Virus record (IMG/VR): IMGVR_UViG_3300028805_000070
Location: 32,001-96,000 of that record
Reading direction: 5' to 3' (one strand)
From: a virus
Taxonomy: Duplodnaviria > Caudoviricetes
Length of the DNA stretch: 64,000 nt
Shown: positions 13,201 through 26,200 of the stretch, piece after piece
Numbering within the stretch: the stretch's first letter is position 1
How the letters are laid out: the number at the start of each line of letters is the position of its first letter
Position numbers and translations under genes: made by a program
The notes under the pieces: generated by a model
What the model was told of the DNA's origin: nothing
The model's database searches: none
Seen by the model: only the letters and a program-made list of their open reading frames with translations

Positions 13201-16200
13201 TTATTAGACTTTAACTGGAGCATTACGTGAATTTAATGATTCGACTAATATTACAAATACCGCGGCTAGATTTAGTAGATCTGGTTATAATGGTACCGTT
13301 GACGTTAATTATAATAAGCGTCCACATATAATAAATGCAGATGGCTCTATTTCTACTGTTGAATCTTTATCTAGTGGTAATGGTGAGGTAGAAGTATTGG
13401 TTACGCCTATTCTTCCAGATGGTTCTAGATTAAGTGAAGATAGTGCAGCAAAATATGCTGATATGTTTGCCAATAAAGAAATTGATTTAACAACAAAGTT
13501 AGTAGGAGAAGATGGACAAGAACTAGAATATAGTTTTAAAGATATCTATATGGGCACATATGATACAGTCGAAGCTGCTAACGAAGTTGCAGAATCTTTA
13601 CATGAATGGCACGAAGCGATATCTAATGCAAATACTGAATTAAGTAAAACTTCTAGTATGATGCAAGATATAGTTTAGAAAGCTATGGTAAATCCGGATT
13701 CTATGAATTTTATGTCTAATAAATTGCCAGATGATATACAAACAGCTGTTAATGCGTGGGAAAATGCTTCTAAAGCAATTCGCACTTTAACTACAGCATA
13801 GAAAAAGGGCTATATGGGAGTCTAGGATTTCTATAATATTGTCACTACCGCATCTTCATTAATGGAAGCAGCAGGAAAAACGTTTGAAGTTGCTGAGATG
13901 AATGCGAGCGAATTAATGTTAAAAGGCGCTCAAAATATAAAGATAGTAGATGGTCAATTAACAGTGGATTTATCTTCCGCTGGTATGAACATTGTTGGTG
14001 ATGTTAATTCGCTTAAAGAAAATATGACAGATGGCGTTCAAGAGCTTGCTAAAGCAGAAATAGCAATTATTGATGCTGAAATTTAGGTATTAGAAATATT
14101 GGCAGCTATGGAGCAACTAGGGGACATGGATGTCGATGTTAATAGTAATGGTATTAATTTTGAGGTGGGCGACATATTTGACCCCGAAGGTCCTTATGGC
14201 TTTAGTTAGGATATGAAGGATTACACTACAGCACTTTTAGATATGTGTAAGACTAATAAGGAATTAGAATCTGCATTACAATAGGTAAAAATAAATAATA
14301 AAACTCTATATGAATTATTACAAGCTGATGCTAATACATGGATTGAAACTTTTGGTAGTAAAGAAAATGTATCTAAATTCTGGTAGAATTTTAGCGAAGG
14401 ATTAGAAGGCTGGGATTTAGAAGGTAATTTACAAGAGCAGGTTTTAAATTTCTTTAAAGGGTTAAATTCAGAATTAACTGTTGACTTAGGCGATAGTGGA
14501 GTTTTTCATATTGGTGTTAATGGCGCTGTTTGGTCTATAGATTTTACTAATGAGTAGCTAATGAAGGACGCTGAAGCTGCGGCTAAAAAATTTGATTTGC
14601 TTCATACAGGCGAAGATATTAAAGATAAAATAAAAGAAATTTTAGCAAAATAGCAAACTGAGGGCACATTAGACTTAGGAGAAACTTTTACATTACATGT
14701 CGCAAGTGGAACTATTACTTTAGTCACAGATGATGATGGAAATACAAGATATAAAGTTGGAAATAATACTTATTCGGATGCACAGTTAGCATCGGCTGTT
14801 GCGGATTTAACAAAGATAGGCGCGACAATAACTGATGATATTGATTTAAGTACAGACCCCCAATTTAGTTCGCTTGAAAATGGGACATTAAATGGAAAGT
14901 TAAAAATTGGTAGCTTTGAAGTAGAGGTTGAAAGCGCTGGTGAAGGAGTTACTTATACAAAAGATGGGTATACGGCAAATAGCTTAGATGACTTATATGC
15001 AAAATTATATTTAGAAAAATAGGATGCGACACAAGACAGCATTACTGATATTTTAGAATATAAAAAATGGCAAGTAAAACAAGGAATATTAGTTGAAACT
15101 ATTTTTGAAGTAAATGGCCAAGAGAGTGATCCTAATAAAAATGAAAATTTACGCAAAGCAATATAGGATTATTTAACTGGTAATAAGCCAATTACAAAAA
15201 AAGATATAGATATTGGAGAAAATGGCTCTACTGTTAAATTAGAAGAGGGTATAACCTTAACTATTCCTGAAAATAAAGTTCAACTGAACTTTGAGAAAGA
15301 TGGCTCTTTAACACAAAAATCTGCGGAACAATTACAATCTTACTTAAGAGAGATTACAGGAGTAGATTTAGGACTAAAAGATACAATTTCTCAAGCCATT
15401 ACTGAAGCATTTACCAATATCTCTTCTCAATTGACACTTCTTAATGCAACTGAACCTACCGGCATCACCGCCTGGTCTGGAGCTTTGTCTTCTATGGCTG
15501 ATGCAATTTCTAAAACAAGTGAAGCTGTAAAGAACTTAATTGCCGCATTAGAAAAATTAGGTTAGCTAAATGCGCCAACAGGTTCTACTCCGACTACCTT
15601 TACTGCTGATGGAGATTAGGCGCAAGAGGAAGCAGAAAAAACCAAACAGCAAATTAATGATATTCCAGATAAGACTGAAACTGAAATAACCGCAGATGGC
15701 TCTCAAGCACAGGCGGAAGCTGATGAGACAAAAGGAAAGTTGGATGCAATTCCAATAGATATTGATATTGATATCACCGCATCTGATAATGCTTCAGATG
15801 CCATTGATAAAATTGCCGAAGCAATTGAAAACCTTAAAGATAAAACTGTTAATGTTACTGTTAAAGAAACTATAGCAAAGGCCAAAGGAAATTCTAATAA
15901 TGATAATACTAGTGGTAGCGATAATAGCAAGCCTAATTTCGTTAAGGCTACTGGTAATGTTGGCTATGCTCGTGCATCCGGTACTTTAATGGGTGAACTT
16001 GGTCCAGAAATTTATGTTCAAAATGGGCGATATTATGTTGCAGGTCAAAATGGCCCAGAATTTGTAGATTTAGCTGAGGACGCTATTGTCTTCAATCATC
16101 TCCAAACCGAGCAACTTCTAAAGAAGGGCATGTCCTCTACTCGCGGGCGTGCAGTTACTAATGAGCGCACCGCAGTTGCATTCGCGCAAGGTAATGTTAA

Positions 16201-18553
16201 CGGCGGCCCCGCTATGGCAAGCGCTTCCGCAGCATTAGCCGCTTTAAAGAGATTACGTAGTATGTGGGAATCTCTTATGAATGCATCCGTGCAAGACCTT
16301 GCTGGTGCTGGCGGCGCTGGAGGTGGCGGTGGCGGTGGCGGAAAGGGTGCTAATGCTGCTTTTGTAAAACAATTAGAAAAATGGTATAACTGGTTATAGA
16401 AAATCGCTGAACTCGAAGAGAAAATTAATTATCAAGAATAGTTACGTTCTACTATCAGTTCTGGACAAAAGAAAAACGGTGCCGCCTATTATGCTAGCTT
16501 AAAAGAAAGCTTAAATAATTTATAGGAATAGGTTAAGACAGAGCAGAGTTTGGTACAGTCATAGCAGGAATACTTCGATAAGCGCCGCAAGGAAATGAAT
16601 AAGAATAGCAATCCTTTTACTTCACTTTATACATTTGATGAAAATGGACAATTGAAATATAAAGATGGGGCTTTAAAGAAATTATCTGATATTTCTGCAA
16701 AGGATGATACCGGAAAACCCAAGAAAACAGTTAAAGAACAGTATGACGCGATTTTAGCAATGAATTCCGATTTTGCGAAATACATGAAATATGATTCTTC
16801 CGGCAAGGAGATTGAATATGACGAGAATGGAAAGCCAAAAGATGAAGCAGCATATGCCTCGGCTGTTCAAGCATTCTGGGATAAAATTGATGCTGATAAG
16901 GAAGAAATGCAATCTCTTCATGATTCTATTAACGAGCATAAAGAAGCAGTCCTAGCCGCGCAAGAAAAATAGAATGAAATTCTACAAGAAATGCGCGATA
17001 ACTAGCTCGCAGTTGAGAAGGATGTGTATGATGCTATTGTGGATTCGCGCGAACGTGCTATTGAAGATTCAGAAGCGGAACGTGACGCAATTGAAAAATC
17101 CACTTCTAAATTTATTGACGGGCTATCTAATGCTCTCGATAAAGAACGTTCTATGTATGAAATGTAGTAGTCTTAGAATGATTTGGATTAGAAACGTCGC
17201 CGCTTAGCTATATTGTAGCGTACTGGCGGCTCTAATTCTGAGATTGCTAGCTTGTAGTCTGATATTGCTAGTTCTGAACAAAGCCTATATTTTGATAAAC
17301 AATAGGAACAAATTGATTTAATTCAAGAAGCCTCTGATAAATAGATTGAAAAGCTAGATTAGCAAATTGAATTAGATCAAGAATTATTAGATTATTAGAA
17401 AGCACATGGTTTACTTTGGGGCGAAGTAGCTGACATTATGAAACAGGATTCTGCTACTATTGCTGATTTTATTAAGACTAATAATTCAGAATGGTGGGCA
17501 AAATCACCAATAGAATCTGCGGATAGCTTACGTGATGTTATTTTTATGACAGATTAGTGGGTAAATTTTAGAGATGACTAGAATAAGTATTTTGAATAGA
17601 TTATTAACAGTATAAATTAGACCACTACTAGTGAAGCACCAAGTAATCCTAATGAGAGCTCAGATAGTACAACGCATACTGGTGGTACTGATAATGACAA
17701 TAAAGGCACTGTGACATATGAACAATTTAATGAGAAAAAGCACATAAAAGTTACAACCACCAAGGATAAAAATGGAAAAGAAAAAGAATCGAGGAAAAAA
17801 GAAGCTCATGAGTTTGATAAGAACGGCAAATGTACAAAATGTAAATATAAAAAAGTGACTGGTAGTGATAATAATGGTGGTGGTAAGCCACCAGCTGATA
17901 ACGGAGGCAAGCCGCCAGCTGATAATGGCGGTAAACTACCGGCTGACAATGGTAATAAACCACCAACGAGTGATAATAAGGTACCTGCTAATGATCCGAA
18001 TGATTCAGCTGTAGCACGTTATGAATACTAGCAAGAAGGTGCAAGTGGTCATAAGAAACGGGCTATTTATAAAAGTGGACGAGTTGGTACATACGGTAAA
18101 TTATAGCCACATAATTATAATGGTGGTAGAAAATGCACTGATTGCGGTTATAATCGCCACGGCAGTGTGGTATAGGAACCTGGGTCCGCTCCAGAATTAG
18201 CAACTAAAGACAAGACTATTAATAGTATAAATAAAGAACAAGATAATAGAACTCTTCATTCTCTTTCTGATATTAATCTTACTAAGAATGAATTGCAAAC
18301 ACTTCGCAATTCCACTCTTTCCAATGGTCTCAGTGCATTAAATAGTGCTATGCAAATGCACCTTGCGGCGATAGATAATTCTGCTTATACTACTATAGAC
18401 CGCGATAAATCCACACAAATCGGTTCTATTTCTCTCAATATGGATGTTAAACAAATAGCAAATGATTATGACGCAAAGCGCGCGGGAGAAAAAGCGATGG
18501 AAGAAATGCTCCGTATCGCTCGTAAGTCAACTACCGCGACAATAAGGAGGTAA
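4283..18553 (+). CDS. Giant tape measure protein (~4,756 aa, TAG=Gln)
   Basis: Eleven track ORFs (5870 to 18293) share the frame of ATG 4283; ten end in TAG, the last in TAA 18553; TP901-type core (ELAVAMSKTASS..GISMKTVDGQFREF..FAGNRQQSRFLAL), HSPS and GELGPE motifs. Frame spot-checked, not every codon. Confidence 0.9.
17872..17995 (+). repeat. ~24-nt coding tandem repeat (GGKPPADN x3-4) in TMP C-terminus
   Basis: ggtggtaagccaccagctgataac/ggaggcaagccgccagctgataat/ggcggtaaactaccggctgacaat. Confidence 0.85.
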
Positions 18554-18560
18554 AAGGATT

Positions 18561-20258
18561 ATGAGCAATACAGCAATATTAGTTGGATAGGAAGTTTCCA
18601 CTATTAAAATTCCATAGACTTAGGTCTATATGGCGACACACGATGGGGAAGGCAATCGCCTTCCCTATCGTTATCGCTCATTTATTAGTTTTAGTTTTGG
18701 TGGGAAATGGATAGAAGATTTTAATTTTATTGCATTTCTTGATGGTGATAGAATGCAACGCAATCTAGCACCCGAATTTGAAGACTTAACTTCTTCATAT
18801 GAAGTTTTAGATGGACAATTTTATCATAGTACGCATTTCCGTACTAATACTATACACTTTACTCTTATGAGTGACGAGATAGACGGACGCCTAATGGAGA
18901 GCTTTAAAAATTGGTTTTCTCCTGGTAAAAATGACAGACTTATTCTATCTGAATATCCGAATCGCGCGATTATGGCGCGAATAGCTTAGCCGCCAGAAAT
19001 GTCGATGTTACCATTTGAGAAAAAGGTAGAATTAAATATTGCTGGAACTAAGTATGAGACTAGTGTAACTAATTATAAAGGAACCGTTGATTTAGAATTT
19101 GTAATGGATGATCCTTTTTGGTATAGCATTATTAATATATTTGGGCAAGTTACAATTAAGGATGGGCATGAAGTTTATGCTAACCAATGGGATGGCTCAG
19201 AAGATTTTTTTAATGAACCCGATAAACTTAAAGATGTTTTAAAGATAGTTTATGAAGATGGTATTCCATTATATCATATGATTGCATCTCCGATGCTATT
19301 TGGTAATAATGTTTACGCCGCTTCAGGCGGGCGGCTTAATAGTAAGGTTGCTACTGTTATAACACAAAATGAATATGATAGCCATTCTACTGAAGAAGGG
19401 TATTTTTATAATTCTAAAGTGGTAGACGGTGAAACTGTTATAACTTATTATAAAGGCGCATCTATTAACTATGGTACTATTGATGGAGCTTATGTAACTA
19501 CTACTGCAAATAATTCTTTAACTATACCAATAAAGGGTTCAGTTAATTTATACTATAGCGGAACTGCTCCAGCACCAATTAAATTAAGTTTTAAGGTGCG
19601 GATTACTACGGATAATAATGGATATGTAAATAGTATAGCTAATATGAAAGCGTTGCAAAATGATATACCGTATAATACGATTACTTTTAAAAGCTTGCCT
19701 AAAAACGCATAGCAACTACGAGTAACGACCCCCAATTTTATTACTAGTTATAATCGCGCAATAGAGATATTCAGAAGCAGGCCAAAAAAGAAATCCTTTG
19801 AGGATTTACGAGGAGATATACGAGATGAAATTAGACATCCTATTATTCGTATGCTTGCTGCTGACTTAATTAATAAGAGTGCAAAGAGCAATGGTAGTGA
19901 AATTGATGTTACTAATGCTATATATGATACTCTAATTGACGGGTTAAAAGGTATTTGGCCATCTTCTGAAACAGCAGATTATTATGTACAGGTATGGCTA
20001 AATAGTAAAACAGGCGAAGCAATTGGGGAAATTAAATATCATGATATTTCTGATGATCAAGATAAAAAAGTGGAAGAAAATGTTGGAGATATGTTTGATT
20101 CTAATTACTTATTATTAAGAGATAGAAACTCATTTGATGAGCAAATGATGGTGCAAGCTTGGAGTGAATAGCATCCAGAGTATTCTTATGTTGTATCTCA
20201 TAATTTTATTGTTCCATTAGATGATTTTTCTGTTGAGTATTCTAATTTATATTATTAA
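18561..20258 (+). CDS. Distal tail (Dit-like) protein (565 aa, TAG=Gln)
   Basis: Follows TMP; track ORFs 18630, 18999 and 19851 share a frame joined by TAGs; SFISFSFGG, LEFVMDDPFWYS and YYSGTAPAP Dit-like motifs; TAA 20256-20258. Confidence 0.8.
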
Positions 20259-20281
20259 TGAGTTAAAAGGAGGACAAAGTA

Positions 20282-23200
20282 ATGAGTGACAATTCTAATA
20301 AAAATGTCCGCGATTACGAAGTCTCCATCTGGACCCTTCAGGATAGTTATTTAACTACCCTGAAGTGGTCTAAATCTAGTCATAAGGGACAAATATAGAA
20401 TCCTAAGATGACCTTAGCGGATGATGGAACCCAATCATTTTCTTTCAGCATCCCAATGTATTTATATGTTTAGGATGGAGACGTATTAGTTAAAAAGGAA
20501 AATCCCAATTGGTATGTTATAAAAGATAATAATTTATTAATAGAAAATATGCGAAAAATTAAGGTTATTTTTAATAAAACTTTTGGTACTGAAGACGAAA
20601 AGAAAGCCAATGGGGAACGCATATTTGAATTTTTAATTACTAAAGTAACTGAATAGCATGAGAGTGATAATTTAACCTGTGAAGTAACATGTGAAGGGCT
20701 GGCTTTTCATGAGTTAGGAAAGCAAGGATATAAAATCGAATTAAGTAGCGACGTATTCGTTAATAGAGATTATATTTATTATCATGGTGAGCCTGTCGCA
20801 GATACATATATAGTATCTGAACAAGCCAATCAAAAGCGTTCATATATTTGGTATGATAATTTACATTAGCCGCACGCTGAATGTCCAGAAGCAACATTAG
20901 ACTACTGGATGAATGATTTAGGAATTAAGCACGCGAGATACACATATAAAACAGTCAAAATTACAGATGAAAATAAAACCTGCTTAAATGGTTTAAATAT
21001 TACTGATAATCCTAAGGAATAGCGTACAGATCTGAACTCAACTGAATGGTATTATGATGTATAGATGAATTAGAGTTTTTATACAGATATGATTGAAGAT
21101 GGCGATGAACGTCGTAGTGATTAGATTTATGAAGAGCCTTATGTTAGTTCTTGGGATAAAAATTTATCCCCTCTAAAAATAGAAAGTGCTCGTGTAAAAT
21201 AGCGTATGATAGATGCTAGTGAAAGTAATTTATATAATCTTACATAGACCATTGCTGAAACTTTTGAAGTATTTTGCCGCTATGAATATCTTTACGATGA
21301 AAATTATTCAATTAAAGGACGTAGAATTATTTTTTATAATAACTTTAATGCCGAAGATGAGTAGGCATATTTTGAATATTTAACATATCCTTATACGTCA
21401 TCTGCTATCACGCGTGAATATGACAGTACCGATATTACTACAAAAATGTATGTGCGTCCAGAAACGGATGATAGTAATTTAACCGGATAGATTAGTATCA
21501 TTGATAGTCCCGCAAATCCAACTAAAGAAGATTATATAATGAATTTTGACTATTTAAAAGAAATCGCAACTATTTCACAAGAATAGTATGATGCTATTAC
21601 TGAATATAATCAAAAGATGAAATTATATAATGAAGGAACTTCCTATAGTTCAAATCCATTACCACGGGTTAATGGGAATTATACTGGCGAAGTACTTTCT
21701 CTTGATGAGAATTATAAACGCTATAATAATAGAATTTATAGTCAAGATGGCGATAATGATGCTTGGCGGCAATACGGTCTAATTACTTTACAAGAATAGC
21801 TAATTTCTAAAAAAAGTAGAAAGATTGAACTGGAAGCGAAACTTACAGTCGCTAGAAATTCAATTACCGAAGCGGAAGAACGTATCGCAGATGCTTCTTA
21901 GCATATAGGGAGCGGCGCAGAGAAGTCTCCTAATGCTTTTTCACGTGATAAAAATAATCCAATGGTAACTAGCCTTGTTACTTATGAGAATAAAAAAAAT
22001 AATAAAACTAAAACTTATTATAAAGTAACAAACTTTTCAGATACTGGTATTAATGCTAATAGTATTCATATGTATCGTGACTATGATGATAAAAAAAAGA
22101 AGTTTCCTGTATATAAACAAACAGGAACTGTGCCAGAATCGACTTTTTTTTCACAAGTTAATGAACAATTAAATTTTAATGAAGATCCAGCGCGGCAAGC
22201 AGTCGAGACCTATCGTCTATTAATTGCTCCTAATCAAACGGATTAGTAGTAGATACAATCTATTCTTCAAAGATATATTACTGAGTTAAGTAAATATAAT
22301 GAAAATAAGGAGTCTTTAAAAGAAGATACAGGTCTAATTTTTTCTAGTTAGAGTAAGATAAAAGAAACTGACACTGATAATTTATTTAATAAATATAACA
22401 TTCAATACGATGAGATTGGTTGGGCTTTATTTACAATTGGCTATGCCAAATTAAACGATTCTTTAAATGCTACTGCTACTGAAGGCGGATGGGCAAATAA
22501 AAAATTCTTTTCTATTATTGGCCCTAATGGTAAAACTGAATATAAATTAACCGCTCAAACAGATAAAAAAGGTAATCATTTTATTAAAAAGGATGATTGG
22601 AATGCTTGGATTGCTAGTCGTTTAGCTTGGTGTTTAGTAGCTTGTGATGGGATAGAACGAAGTAATATTTCATTAAAGAAAGGTTCTAATAGGTATGATG
22701 TTGTATGCACACTACCGTGGGCTAAATTAGCTTCATCGTCAGACTATATTAAAGCGACAGTTTCAGATAAAGGTAAGGCGCAATGGAGTTGTAGTCTTGG
22801 GAGCCGTATCGCAGAGAATAAAACCTCTTTTAAAGATTTGCGTAATAAGGCAACTACTGAGAGTTATTATGAATTATTAGAATCAGTTGGTATTCACCGT
22901 TATCCTAATGAAATTGTAGGATTCAATGTAAAAACTGATAATTACGGACATGCTACTAGTATTGTCGCTATTCCTTATAATGAAAATGAAAGCTAGTTAA
23001 CTAAAGTATATTTAACATATTTTTATAATCCAATAACTCACTACAAAGCTGTAAAAGATATGTGGATTAAACGATTAACTAAGTCATAGTCTGAAGAAAG
23101 AATGTACGTATATACATTAACATATTTAAATCGTGTAATTAATAACTTTGAAGAAGTTATTAGGATTATGCTGAAGGAAAAATTTGAAGATGTACGTAAG

Positions 23201-26200
23201 TTTGATCATCTGATGGGCCCAGCAATGCGCGAAAGTTATTGGCAGCCTGAAGATTATAGAGACTATGGCGATTATTATTCTGCCTAGTTAAATCGTATTT
23301 ATTTTAATCATAATAGTATAAAAATGCCAAAATGGCGTTTGAATAAGATTAGTGCAGGATTTTTCTGGGATAATAAGCCTTTTCCAGAAGAAGAAACTGG
23401 TTATTATGAATTAGGCGTAGATTAGAAAAAAGCTTATTATCCATGTATTGATTTAGAAGCCTTCTTTAAATCAGTCGAAGAGACAGCAATTGCAAATAAT
23501 GCTCGGCCGCCTGTCATGTATACGCCAAATATATCTAAAGATTTTACAGCTGAAGAGGGCATAGACCCTCCAAGTGCTACTGAAGAGGAATTAGATTAGT
23601 TGTTTGATTACGTACTAACTAAAGGAAACGGCAAAACTTATCAAGGCACTTCTGGCACTAGTTATTAGGATGATCAAGTATATCGAAGCAGCGCGCAGAC
23701 CGCTATAAATGAATTTATTGCTCATTTGCCTTATTTTACTTTTGCTTTTTATAATGACTCATTTGATAAGTAGAAGTATAGTGCAGAAAAAAAGAATTAT
23801 GTAACAGATAGAACATTATATGCTAAAAAAGATGCAAAGGGGAATATTGAATGGGCATATAAAATAAAAGCCATTAATACGATGAATATTGATGGTAATA
23901 GTAATACTGATAGCAATAAAACTGTTATATATACCGAAGTTCCAGTACAGCGAGAAGAGGATGACCATGTTTTTTATCGCGTGGGTTCTGTTACAGCTAA
24001 AGGTGTATTTGTAGAAAACGATGAAGCTTAGCTAGTTTTTGTCAGAAACAAGAAGACTAATGTAATTAAACCAGTTTTAATGTTAAAAGGGTTAGACACG
24101 CTTCCTGAGTCAACATTACATTATATTACAAAACAAAAGGTAAGCTATGATACGAAATCATTTTTAAATAATAGTTAGTATGCAATAAATACATATTATG
24201 AAATTCATCCTGGCGCTTAGCCAGAATTGGGATACTATACTGAAAATGGTTTTACACCGATAGGAACAGTGCAGAAAAAACATTGGCTTTCTTGGAACAG
24301 TGATAATGACTATGAACTAGTATATCCTCGTATAAAAATTAATTCTTTATAGTTAAAGCCAGAAACAGTGGCCTTATCATTGAACTGTCAAACATTGGTT
24401 TAGTATGAAGATTATTATGTATTTACGCGAGATTCAGATTATTTAATTACTTTAAAACCATATACTTTTTATTCTGAAAAAGGTTCACGTGAAGCTATTG
24501 CTAAAAAGATTGAAGAAAGCGGCGGTAATGTATCAGAACTATTAAAAACCGTATCAACAGTTAACAATGGTTATGAAGACGCTTCTTTTTCTGAAGGAAC
24601 TGACGCCATTCATGCTCGTGTAAGTGGTAGTCATTCTACCAGCGGTTCAGGCGCTACTGATGATGATATTACACCTTTAAATGAGGAAGAATGGAATAAC
24701 AATGGATATTTAGAGAAAATTAGTATCATGCGTGAATTAGGCTTCTATTCAAGTAAAATGAAGTCTGTTTATAAACCCTTACGCATTACTTATGCCATAT
24801 CTAATGGTGGAACAAGAACCTATTTAGATGCCTTAAAAGTATTAAAAGAAAATTCTAAACCTAAAGTTACTTATACTGTTACACCGAATATTTTAAATAC
24901 AAATTTAATCAATTAGCTATATAATAAGTTATGCCAGATAGTTTCTATTAATGACCATGAATTAAAATTTAATAATGTATTCGGTTATATTTCTTCTATG
25001 GACTTAGACTTAGATAAACCTTGGGAAGATACAATTGAAATAAAGAATTACACTAATAAGTTTGAAGATTTATTTAGTTCCATTACAGCATAGACAGAAG
25101 CAATGAAAAAGAATTCCGGCATTTTAGCAAGTTTTGGCGCTGGGAATTTACCTGTTACAATTGTTTAGTCAGTAGAAGATACAATGACGGATGCACTTTA
25201 GAATTCTCCTATTATAAATAATTATTTAATGGAAGAATTTGATAGCGCGCAAGTCGTGAAAGATACATTGTATGATATCGTAGATTAGACTAATGTAATA
25301 TTAGGTAGTAGTACGGCCGCGATAGATGAGCTTACTACTTTAAACAATTTAAATGCAACTATTTTAGGTTCCTTAGTAAAAAATATTGAAGCACTTACTG
25401 CGCCTCAAGTTTTTAATGGAGATCCTAGCACAATTATTGGCTATAAGGCCGGTGATATCTGTTATGGAAGTGATGGCAAAGCATATATTGCCACCTCATC
25501 GGCAGGTTTCATGCCGTTCTTCGACGGCACGGTATCTAAAATTACTGGTGCAAGTGTAGATTGGGATGCTGACAAGGGTACTGTTGATATTCATGGAGCG
25601 ACTTCTATTGATATAAAAAGTGGAAATGATATTGATATTGCCGCAGACGCGAATATTTATATTATTGGTAATAAGTCAGTTAATATTGGCGGCGCAACAA
25701 TTAATATTGGTAGTGCGACAATTGATGATGGCACGAGCACGGGTGAAGAGGTCGTAGGTGGAATTAATATTGTTTCTTCTCATGTAGATTAGAAGAATAA
25801 GGCGAATAGTAGCTTGTCAGGTGTTTGGATTAATCCAAAGTCTATTTCAATGTTAAGCTCTAATATTGTAATGGAAGGTAGCAAACGTATTGTAATGAGC
25901 GCGTCAAAAGGCACGAACGTAGCAACCTCTGGAATTTAGATTGATGTTGATCAAGGAATTTGGATTGGCTCAGGAAAAGGTGTTAATATATATTCTGGGG
26001 CAGCATTTAAATTGACAAGTGATAATAGCGATGATGATGAAAATTAGAAATTGGTACTAAATGGTACACCAGGTACTTCATTATCATTAAATGGAAAGCG
26101 TGCACTTATAGGCACGTCTAATGATACTGCTGCGACAGTAATACGTATAAGCTCTGATTAGATGGTTATTGGTTCAGCAAAAGGATTCGGATTAACTGAT

